The position numbers were made by a program, and so were the translations under genes. From NCBI GenBank assembly GCA_023382175.1, contig JAMCQB010000049.1:2888-66887 (forward strand): a stretch of DNA of 64,000 bases, in the 5' to 3' direction. Positions within the stretch are counted from its first letter, which is position 1; every line of letters begins with the position of its first letter. This stretch comes from Nitrospirota bacterium. Lineage in GTDB: Bacteria > Nitrospirota > Thermodesulfovibrionia > Thermodesulfovibrionales > UBA9159. Under the pieces are notes generated by a model. That model worked only from the letters and a program-made list of their open reading frames with translations, was not told where the DNA came from and searched no databases. Of the stretch, positions 18,116 to 25,218 are shown one piece after another.

Positions 18116-19315
18116 TCAACCTTTCAACTCCCGTATTCTGTCTGTCAATTCCCAGGGCAGCCCTATATCCATTCTGCCCACATGTCCATATACTGCAAGC
18201 CTTCTGTAAAAACCGCCCTTAACAATGGAGGGCAGGTACCGCAGATTGAACTGTTTTATTATTCCCGCAAGTCGAAAGTCAAAATGCCTCTCAATGAGTT
18301 CTGCAATCTTCTCATCAGAGGTCTTCCCTGTGCCAAAGGTCTCTACCTGAACACTCACCGGCCTTGAAAGACCTATAGAATAGCTGAGATGTATCTCGCA
18401 TTCCTCTGCAAGCCCTGCTGCTACCACATTCTTTGCCGCATATCTGGCGGCATATGCGCCTATCCTGTCTATACGCATGGGGTCTTTTCCGCTCAGGGCA
18501 GAGCCGCTGTGCCGGGAATATTCTCCATAGGTGTCTATGGCATTCTTTCTCCCTGTTAAGCCTGAATGGACAGAAGGACCACCAACTATGAACGGCCCGT
18601 CGGGATTTATGAATATCCTCGTGTTTGTATCAGGTTTGATCTCCTCATCGGCGAATACAGGGTTTACAACAGCAGCCCTTATATCGTCATGCAGTTTCTT
18701 TAAATCAGGACCGCCTGATGCTAACGGTTTGTTCTGGCTCGCGATCACTGTAACACTGTGAATACTGTAAGGCCTGCCATCCCTGTATTCCACTCCTACC
18801 TGTGTTTTCCCGTCAGGTGCAAGATAGGGGAGTATCTTCTGGAGCCTGACAGAGGTCAGTTTTCTTGCAAGCCTGTGAGCGAGCCAGATGGGAAGGGGCA
18901 TAAAAGATGCGGTCTGGTTGCAGGCAAAGCCGAAGACAGTGACCTGATTCCTGACAGGGATATTATCCATCTCCTCCTCCGATAGCTCTCTCTCATCAAG
19001 GCAGCAATGCTCATCTGAAGGCAATTCCTTGAGGCTTGTTACAATGCTGCAGGTCTTGCCGTTAAAGGCATGCTGGTCATAGCCGATCTGGTTTATAACC
19101 TGTCTTGCTATATACGGGAAATCTACAATGGCATTGGATTCAAACCTTGCTGCTATAAAAACTATGGCTGTGGATACAGCACACTCAGCAATGACCCTTG
19201 AAAATGGGTCCTGCTGAAGGAAATGATCTACAAGGGCATCGCTTATCTGGTCACAGAGCTTGTCAGGGTGTCCTTCTGTTACAGATTCTGATATAAAAAT
19301 AAAGTCCTTTTTCAT
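18116..19315 (-). CDS. S-adenosylmethionine synthetase-like protein (divergent MetK paralog)
   Basis: The N-terminal SESVTEGHPDKLCDQISDA and GLTGRK..DTYG...SGKDP..DR.GAYAARY are clearly MetK-like. The GAGDQG signature region is replaced. Confidence 0.8.
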   Translation of the reverse strand: MKKDFIFISESVTEGHPDKLCDQISDALVDHFLQQDPFSRVIAECAVSTAIVFIAARFESNAIVDFPYIARQVINQIGYDQHAFNGKTCSIVTSLKELPSDEHCCLDERELSEEEMDNIPVRNQVTVFGFACNQTASFMPLPIWLAHRLARKLTSVRLQKILPYLAPDGKTQVGVEYRDGRPYSIHSVTVIASQNKPLASGGPDLKKLHDDIRAAVVNPVFADEEIKPDTNTRIFINPDGPFIVGGPSVHSGLTGRKNAIDTYGEYSRHSGSALSGKDPMRIDRIGAYAARYAAKNVVAAGLAEECEIHLSYSIGLSRPVSVQVETFGTGKTSDEKIAELIERHFDFRLAGIIKQFNLRYLPSIVKGGFYRRLAVYGHVGRMDIGLPWELTDRIRELKG

Positions 19316-19329
19316 TTAGCACCTCATTG

Positions 19330-19407
19330 CTTAAGGTTAAGGTTGAGGCTAAGGTTAAGAATTACAAATTTTTAATCTCTCTTAACCTAAACCTTAACCT
19401 CAACCTG
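19330..19407. repeat. hexamer-based palindrome (TTRAGG)n / (CCTYAA)n between the ATPase stop and the metK-like start
   Basis: ttaagg ttaagg ttgagg ctaagg ttaaga, then a loop, then tcttaacc taaacc ttaacc tcaacc. The right arm includes the ATPase stop codon. Confidence 0.6.
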
Positions 19408-22400
19408 TTCTTTTTGTGCCTTCATTCACTAACAATGGCATCACCGCACTGCCTCCAATCACAATACCATCGAGGATACCTATGGGAGCCAATCCCAAAA
19501 GATTTCGGAGCCCTGGTAGCGCCATGGCAAGAAGCTGTACGGCAAAGGAACCTCCGAGGGCGATATTGAGATATTTATTGGGCAGTAGTTTTTCCTTATC
19601 AAATATAGAATGCTTCTCGGAGCGGCAACTTATGGCGTGGAGAAGCTGACCTGCGGTAAGGCTCATAAAAGCCATGGCGCTTGCCTTCTGTCCCATACCG
19701 TATCTCATCACGCCATATCCATAGGCCCCCAGGGTCCCCGCGGAAATCACTGCGGATTCAAATGTGATTCTTTTGAAATCCGACGTCTTGACGATCAGTT
19801 CTTCAGGATCCCGTGGAGGCTGGCTCAGCACATCAGGTTCAGGGGGTTCGAGGGCAAGGGCAAGACCCGGCGCTATATCGGACATAAGGTTGATCCACAG
19901 CAGCTGTATCGCACTGAGAGGTTGACCGAGCCCCCCTGCAATAGCAGTGAACATAACCATGATCTCGCTCAGATTTGTCGACAGCAGGAAATGGACGGAT
20001 TTCCTGATGTTGTTATAGATGGTCCTTCCCTGGCTTATGGCGATGATCATCGTTGCGAGTTCATCGTCTTCGATGACAACGTCTGCGACTTCCCGGGCAA
20101 CATCGGTGCCCACATGTCCCATTGCGATGCCTATATCCGCTGCTTTGAGGGCAGGGCCGTCATTAATACCATCTCCCGTCATGGCCACAATCTTTCCCGC
20201 ACCCTGGAGCGCCTGAACTATCTGGAGCTTATGGGCAGGACTCACGCGCGAAAAAACATGCACCCTCTCGCAGAGCGCCTTCATCACTTCAGGGTCGATA
20301 CTGGCAAGGTGAGCGGAATCAAGGATCTCGAGTTGTTCGCCATTGCTGAGGTTCAATTCCTTTCCTATGGCATAGGCGGTCGGGCTCTGGTCGCCGGTTA
20401 TCATGACCGTCTCAATCCCTGCCCTGTGAAATTCCCCTATCAACCCCTTCACGCCTCCTCTGACCGGATCAGCCATTCCTACAAGACCCAGCCACACAAG
20501 ATTATCGCTGAAATCGACATCATTATTAAGAAACGCGCCCGGTTCACCATCACTGAGAGAGTACGCCACCCCAAGGACACGGAGAGCCTCCCCGGCCATA
20601 CGCTCATTTTCCGTCTCTATGGCGAGCCGGTCCTCATCGGTCAAGGGAATCTTCCTGCCATCCTTCATATGCCACCTGCACATCGACAGGACCTCGTTCG
20701 GGCTCCCCTTTACGGCAACAAGCGCGGAATGGTTGCCTGCGCGGTGAAGTGTATACATGTAGTTGCGGTTTTCAGAACGATGTTGAATGTTCACCAGGAG
20801 AAATTTTTCCCTGAGTCTTACCACATCGACCCCCGAACTCAATGCTATGTGGATCAGCGCATTCTCCGTAGGAGAACCGTTGACCGCATATTCACCATGC
20901 TGTCCGATCACTTCACTTTCATTGCAGAGAGCCGCTATGTGAATGAGTCTCAGGAGTTCATCGAAGAGATATACACTCGCCGGTTCACCGGACGCAAAAA
21001 ACTGCCCGTCGGATACAGTGAAGCGCCTCATCCCACTAAATGCCGTGACAACAGACATCCTGTTCAGGGTGATCGTTCCTGTTTTGTCGAGGCATATGGT
21101 GTGGATAGAGCCGAGGGTTTCGACCGCTTCGAGTCGCCGTATGAGGACGTTGTGCCTCCGCATATTTCTGATGCCCAGGGCTAAGGTTGTGGTCGCCACT
21201 GTCGGAAGTCCTTCGGGGACGGCGGCGATGGCAAGGGATATGGAGGTTTTGAGCATCTGTAAAAAACCGTATCCACGAAGAAGTCCCGTAACAAAGACCA
21301 GGCCGCAGACAGCGCCGCAGATCAATACCAGTTGGCTGCCCATCATGTCCAGTTGGCGCTCCATAGGGGTTTCAGGAGGTCTTGCTTCACCGACGAGGAT
21401 TTGTATCCTTCCGATCTCGGTAAACCTCCCTGTCGCAACGGCAACAGCAATCCCCTGTCCTCCGACAACAAGTGTCCCCATGTATACCATGTTCGTCCTG
21501 TCAGCGAGGGGGATGTTGTCCCTCTCACCCTCTCCCGCCAGGGGAGAGGGTTTATAAATTTGTTTCCCTCCCCCTTGATGGGGGAGGGTGAGGGAGGGGG
21601 TGGCTGTTGTTTTAACCACAGGCATACTCTCGCCGGTGAGTGCTGACTCATCGATGCTCAGGTGATTGGCTTCAATGAGCCTTGCGTCTGCCGCAACATA
21701 GCTGCCGGGCCTGAGCAGAAGGAGGTCTCCGGGCACTACGTTTTCTGCGCCTATCTCTTTCAGACGACCATCCCGCAGCACTATAGCAGAGGGTCTCACA
21801 AGATTCTTCAGCGAATGGATCGTTTTTTCGGTCTGGCTCTCGGTTGTGTAACCGATGGCGGCATTGATGAGGACTACGCCCATGATCACCACCGCATCTG
21901 CAAGACCGCCGGTGAGGAGCGAAATGCCCGCAGCAGCTCCCAGGAGGGCGACAGGAAGGGATTTGAACTGGTTGATGAACATACTCAGCCCTGAACGCGG
22001 AACAGATTCAGGAAGGACATTCGGACCGTATTTTTTGAGATGTGCCCCGGCGAGGTCGCCGGATAAGCCCGAATCTTTCGACGTGCCGAGAGATTGGAGA
22101 ACCTCGGTCGCCTCAGCAAGATGCCACGGCTCGACTCTCTGGTCCTCGGACCGGATAATGCTTTTCCTTAATTTTCTCCTGCTTCTGAGCTCTCCGCGTT
22201 CCGGGGTCAGGACTTCGCCTGGCCTTGCTTTTTCCGGAAGCGGGTTGTGGACCTTTGCATGTCGAACTTCTTTCCCGGAGCCTGCTGCCACCCCTGGAAC
22301 GGGTAATGAAAAACAAGATGACTGCCTTCCGGCATTTTTTTTGTGAGCTTCGACAACGTCCGCAATGAGCAGGGCTATTGAATGGTGGGGGTTGTCTGAA

Positions 22401-22570
22401 TTAAAGAAAACAAGCACACTCCCGGTCAAAGAGTTTACCGAGAATTTCAGTATCTCTTTATGAGACGACAGACCCCCCTCTATCTCTCTCTTGAGCCTCT
22501 CAGAGCGGTATAGCCCATCTACCTTAAATCGCGCCCTGCCTTTTACAGCAGCATGTATGGGCCGAACCAC
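19400..22570 (-). CDS. P2-type cation-translocating P-type ATPase with N-terminal HMA2-type domain
   Basis: TGES, PEGLP, DKTGTIT, MITGDQ and GDGINDGPALK motifs. The TM5/TM6 motifs STNLSEI and INLMSD resemble SERCA-like Ca-site residues. The N-terminal KGRARFKV...N.LTGSVLVFF is an HMA2-type domain. Confidence 0.9.
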   Translation of the reverse strand: MVRPIHAAVKGRARFKVDGLYRSERLKREIEGGLSSHKEILKFSVNSLTGSVLVFFNSDNPHHSIALLIADVVEAHKKNAGRQSSCFSLPVPGVAAGSGKEVRHAKVHNPLPEKARPGEVLTPERGELRSRRKLRKSIIRSEDQRVEPWHLAEATEVLQSLGTSKDSGLSGDLAGAHLKKYGPNVLPESVPRSGLSMFINQFKSLPVALLGAAAGISLLTGGLADAVVIMGVVLINAAIGYTTESQTEKTIHSLKNLVRPSAIVLRDGRLKEIGAENVVPGDLLLLRPGSYVAADARLIEANHLSIDESALTGESMPVVKTTATPSLTLPHQGGGKQIYKPSPLAGEGERDNIPLADRTNMVYMGTLVVGGQGIAVAVATGRFTEIGRIQILVGEARPPETPMERQLDMMGSQLVLICGAVCGLVFVTGLLRGYGFLQMLKTSISLAIAAVPEGLPTVATTTLALGIRNMRRHNVLIRRLEAVETLGSIHTICLDKTGTITLNRMSVVTAFSGMRRFTVSDGQFFASGEPASVYLFDELLRLIHIAALCNESEVIGQHGEYAVNGSPTENALIHIALSSGVDVVRLREKFLLVNIQHRSENRNYMYTLHRAGNHSALVAVKGSPNEVLSMCRWHMKDGRKIPLTDEDRLAIETENERMAGEALRVLGVAYSLSDGEPGAFLNNDVDFSDNLVWLGLVGMADPVRGGVKGLIGEFHRAGIETVMITGDQSPTAYAIGKELNLSNGEQLEILDSAHLASIDPEVMKALCERVHVFSRVSPAHKLQIVQALQGAGKIVAMTGDGINDGPALKAADIGIAMGHVGTDVAREVADVVIEDDELATMIIAISQGRTIYNNIRKSVHFLLSTNLSEIMVMFTAIAGGLGQPLSAIQLLWINLMSDIAPGLALALEPPEPDVLSQPPRDPEELIVKTSDFKRITFESAVISAGTLGAYGYGVMRYGMGQKASAMAFMSLTAGQLLHAISCRSEKHSIFDKEKLLPNKYLNIALGGSFAVQLLAMALPGLRNLLGLAPIGILDGIVIGGSAVMPLLVNEGTKRTG
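21519..21600. repeat. double-hairpin GC-rich palindromic element inserted in frame in the ATPase gene
   Basis: CCCTCTCCC-gccag-GGGAGAGGG (21528-21550) and CCCTCCCCC-ttgat-GGGGGAGGG (21566-21588). It is translated as ...LTLPHQGGGKQIYKPSPLAGEGERD... Confidence 0.65.
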
Positions 22571-22585
22571 ACCTTTTATCCCTTT

Positions 22586-23266
22586 TTACCCTTCGTTCTC
22601 GGGGTTTTTTTCTGATACGCCTGCTTTCGGAGCCGTTGCTTCTTTTCGAGCGCCTGTAACGGCTGGTCTCGGTTTCGGCAGGGCGGCGCCTGCAACCTCC
22701 TTCACTCCTTCAACAACCCCAACAAGCATATCCTTGACAGCCTTTACCGCGGTATTCCCTATAGTTCCGGCAGCCTCGATCGCCCCTCCCACAGCCACCT
22801 TTGCCACATCTTCCACATTCCCGCCGACTTCCTTGGTTGCTTCGATGACCCCGTCAACCGCCCTCCGCGCAACCATGGCAACATCAGCGCCTACCTCAGC
22901 AGCACCTTTGACTGCGCCCTTTACCGTCTGGCTGGCAACGGTCACGACATCTCCGCCGACATCGCTCACTCCCATGACGACACCCTTCGCAACGCTCTTT
23001 GTGCTTAAAATGAGGCCTGTGCCGACCTCTTCCGTCGCCTGAATCGCACCCTTTACCACGTCTCTTGTAATGGTAACTGCTTCATTGGCCACTGAACCAG
23101 TGGCTCTCAGAGTGTTGGAAACGGTATTCCTCACCAGGCTGACGATTTCAGCCTCGATCTCGTTGATGCCCTTGAGGCTGCTCACGACACCTTCTTTTAC
23201 TGCTGTTCCTGCCTTGCCGATTCCTTCGCCCATCGGGCTTTCCTCTATGACATGCTCATTAGACAT
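22586..23266 (-). CDS. tandem 22-residue repeat protein (about 7-8 repeats), unknown function
   Basis: The start is set at ATG 23266, behind GAGGAGG. The repeats are TRDVVKGAIQATEEVGTGLILS / TKSVAKGVVMGVSDVGGDVVTV / ASQTVKGAVKGAAEVGADVAMV / ARRAVDGVIEATKEVGGNVEDV / AKVAVGGAIEAAGTIGNTAVKA, and so on. Confidence 0.6.
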   Translation of the reverse strand: MSNEHVIEESPMGEGIGKAGTAVKEGVVSSLKGINEIEAEIVSLVRNTVSNTLRATGSVANEAVTITRDVVKGAIQATEEVGTGLILSTKSVAKGVVMGVSDVGGDVVTVASQTVKGAVKGAAEVGADVAMVARRAVDGVIEATKEVGGNVEDVAKVAVGGAIEAAGTIGNTAVKAVKDMLVGVVEGVKEVAGAALPKPRPAVTGARKEATAPKAGVSEKNPENEG

Positions 23267-23310
23267 GGGTAACCTCCTCTTTTTCACAAACGTGGGTAGC
23301 TGTTTATCAT

Positions 23311-23333
23311 AAAAACGGAAGGGAAATCCCTTC
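23311..23333 (-). terminator. possible weak terminator/attenuator between the HMA2-TM gene and the repeat-protein gene
   Basis: On the minus strand, GAAGGG-atTT-CCCTTC followed by CGTTTTTAT. Confidence 0.35.
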
Positions 23334-23346
23334 TTCCTCCAGACCG

Positions 23347-23829
23347 TTATGCTGCGACCCCGGCGCCTTGCCCTGACTTGAGGAATATGTTAAATGCGTA
23401 CCAGAAGGCGGCATACCATGGGAGCGCAGTAAGATTTCCTACGCTCATTTGGTATATTCCGGCGCCGAGGAGCAGGAGAAAAGCCAGCCCTCCGATGTCT
23501 ATCTCGCCCCCGGTAAGCGCCACAAGCTGAGTATTCATCCCTTTAAAGGTTTCCGATACCCGCTGCTGCAACCTTCTCGGAGAGGCGTTCAGTCCTTGAA
23601 GGCTGAAAAGATTACCGGCCATGGCGTATCCCGCAATTCTTTCACTATCCAGATCGTGCATCACGAGCAAACTGCCGGTTAAGGCATTGACTTCAACGGT
23701 CTTGATGCCTTCAAAACCGGAAAATCGTTCCTTCAAGCCTCCAAAAAATGCACGATCACCCTTTTTTGAAGGTATCCTGATCCTCAACCTTCCTCTGGTC
23801 CGATGGCTTATATAAGCGCGCGGGAGCAT
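23347..23829 (-). CDS. HMA2-type domain protein with C-terminal transmembrane segments
   Basis: The N-terminal H.TRGRLRIRIP...N.LTGSLLVMH motif and the C-terminal GGLAFLLLLGAGIY...ALPWYAAFWYAFNIFL. Its start overlaps the upstream stop (TAATG). Confidence 0.6.
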   Translation of the reverse strand: MLPRAYISHRTRGRLRIRIPSKKGDRAFFGGLKERFSGFEGIKTVEVNALTGSLLVMHDLDSERIAGYAMAGNLFSLQGLNASPRRLQQRVSETFKGMNTQLVALTGGEIDIGGLAFLLLLGAGIYQMSVGNLTALPWYAAFWYAFNIFLKSGQGAGVAA

Positions 23830-24119
23830 TAAGCGTTTGGTTCGCCTTCCGGCGCAACCGGGGCAGATGCGGCTTTTTCCGCCTCCGAGATCTCAGCTTT
23901 TACCTCGGCTACCAGGTCCTCAACCACCTCACCTACTTCAGCAAAAGTCTCCTTGCCTTTTTCAAAGAGGATAAGTCCTCCCTTTATCGCTGCCTTTGCC
24001 ACCGGTTTTGCCACACCTGCAATAACGGGGAGCACGGCAGGAGCAAGGACAGCCGCCCCTATGCCAATAGCAAGCCCTGTCACAACATTTCCCTTCAGGA
24101 CATCATCAAAAAGTCCCAT
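23829..24119 (-). CDS. DUF5132-like small membrane protein
   Basis: MGLFDDVLKGNVVTGLAIGIGAAVLAPAVLPVIAGVAKPVAKAAIKGGLILFEKG followed by an acidic tail. This matches my recollection of DUF5132 proteins, which are often adjacent to HMA2/P-type ATPase genes. Confidence 0.55.
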   Translation of the reverse strand: MGLFDDVLKGNVVTGLAIGIGAAVLAPAVLPVIAGVAKPVAKAAIKGGLILFEKGKETFAEVGEVVEDLVAEVKAEISEAEKAASAPVAPEGEPNA

Positions 24120-24211
24120 TCCGAGCCTCCTTTCTTTTGTATATCTTTACCATATCACTTTCATCATTTAGCGTCCATGAGTTCTTTCATTACTTGCCTA
24201 CAAGAAGACAA

Positions 24212-24267
24212 ATTTCATTGAAATTTAACGGTAGCTTCATAAGGACGTAACAGTACTGTGGTTTACT
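24212..24267 (+). promoter_or_regulatory. Pho-box-like promoter (four phased boxes)
   Basis: ATTTCAT tgaa ATTTAAC ggta GCTTCAT aagg ACGTAAC, then 10 bp, then TTTACT (24262-24267). Confidence 0.55.
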
Positions 24268-24300
24268 ATGCCCAGGATCAGACGAAAGAGGATGACTGCT

Positions 24301-24564
24301 ATGATGCAGTACAAGATTTTACATCATGTCCCAGGCCGTATCAGGATTGAGGTGCCCTCCATTAAGGGACGTTCCCTGAAGGCTCTAAAGCGATTATCAG
24401 ATATTCCCGTTCCGTGCGGTATAGAGGACATTCGCCCTAATCCCTTGACAGGAAGCCTCTTGATAAAGTATGACCCAGGCCGGATAAATATCGTTTCCTA
24501 TCTGAGGGACATGGCATCCAGGGACGTGATAAACAATGTACTCGACAAAGGAGGTTTGTTATGA
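24301..24564 (+). CDS. stand-alone HMA2-type domain protein
   Basis: HHVPGRIRIEVP...NPLTGSLLIKYDP. The start was moved to ATG 24301 because ATG 24268 abuts the predicted -10. The RBS is AAGAGGA. Confidence 0.6.
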   Translation: MMQYKILHHVPGRIRIEVPSIKGRSLKALKRLSDIPVPCGIEDIRPNPLTGSLLIKYDPGRINIVSYLRDMASRDVINNVLDKGGLL

Positions 24565-24770
24565 ACAGCACCCATAACATTGCATCTATGATACACCTCA
24601 CCAATGAATTGGAATTGCAGTGCCCCTACTTTGATGCATCCGACGTCTGCAATGCCTCGCTCTCCTCATTATTGCCATCGCCGACTATGAGGGTGAATTT
24701 CTGTAACAGCGAAGACTATGACAATTGCCCCATATTCCTGGCTAAGGTCTTAAGAAGGAGGCGGAAATGA
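24561..24770 (+). CDS. small four-cysteine protein, paralog E
   Basis: ATGA start/stop overlap with the upstream gene and an AAGGAGG RBS. The Cys pattern is C-x8-C-x17-C-x7-CPIF. Confidence 0.55.
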   Translation: MNSTHNIASMIHLTNELELQCPYFDASDVCNASLSSLLPSPTMRVNFCNSEDYDNCPIFLAKVLRRRRK

Positions 24771-24958
24771 CATGTCTCGACTATGTGTCCGAAGATTTGA
24801 GATGTCTCAGGGGTATCCCCGTTACTCCAAGGTTCAGCAGCTTCTTCTGTAAAGGAAAACATGAGAAATGTCCTTTGATCATATGGGAGAAATCTCAGAC
24901 AAAGAACCCGGAGATGTTACGGCCGAAATCATTTATCAATATATGGAGGGAACCATGA
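24767..24958 (+). CDS. small four-cysteine protein, paralog F
   Basis: ATGA overlap and an AAGGAGG RBS. The Cys pattern is C-x9-C-x14-C-x6-CPLI. Confidence 0.5.
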   Translation: MTCLDYVSEDLRCLRGIPVTPRFSSFFCKGKHEKCPLIIWEKSQTKNPEMLRPKSFINIWREP

Positions 24959-25134
24959 AATGTCCGCATCTGGCAAAATGGGTCGTGTCTGTCTGTAAGG
25001 CTGTGAGTAATACTTATGTCCCCAGTAACTTTGAGCTTCAAGAGTACTGTAAGACAAAAAGCCATAAGAAATGCCCTTTCTTTTTAAAGAATACAGCCGT
25101 GAAAAGAGAAGCGGATGGCCTGATCTCAGCATAG
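24955..25134 (+). CDS. small four-cysteine protein, paralog G
   Basis: ATGA overlap with F and a GGAGGG RBS. MKCPHLAKWVVSVCKAV...YCKTKSHKKCPFFL gives the pattern C-x10-C-x17-C-x7-CPFF. Confidence 0.55.
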   Translation: MKCPHLAKWVVSVCKAVSNTYVPSNFELQEYCKTKSHKKCPFFLKNTAVKREADGLISA

Positions 25135-25168
25135 GATAAACCCATGCTCATGGGATGCAGTCTTTATA

Positions 25169-25213
25169 ATTTAACATCTCCTTAATATTGCTGTAACATT
25201 ACCCTGTTATTCT
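25169..25213 (+). promoter_or_regulatory. Pho-box-like promoter
   Basis: ATTTAAC atct CCTTAAT attg CTGTAAC, then 10 bp, then TATTCT (25208-25213). Confidence 0.5.
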
Positions 25214-25218
25214 ATTTC

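Noticed and set aside
19610-21184. 524-aa ORF on the plus strand
   Set aside because: It is entirely antisense to the well-supported P-type ATPase gene. It has no recognisable motifs and an Arg/His/Pro-rich composition typical of shadow ORFs.
22491-23042. 183-aa Thr/Pro/Ser/Ala-rich ORF on the plus strand
   Set aside because: It is antisense to the 22-mer repeat gene. Its low-complexity composition is the complement of the GTN/GCN-rich repeat codons.
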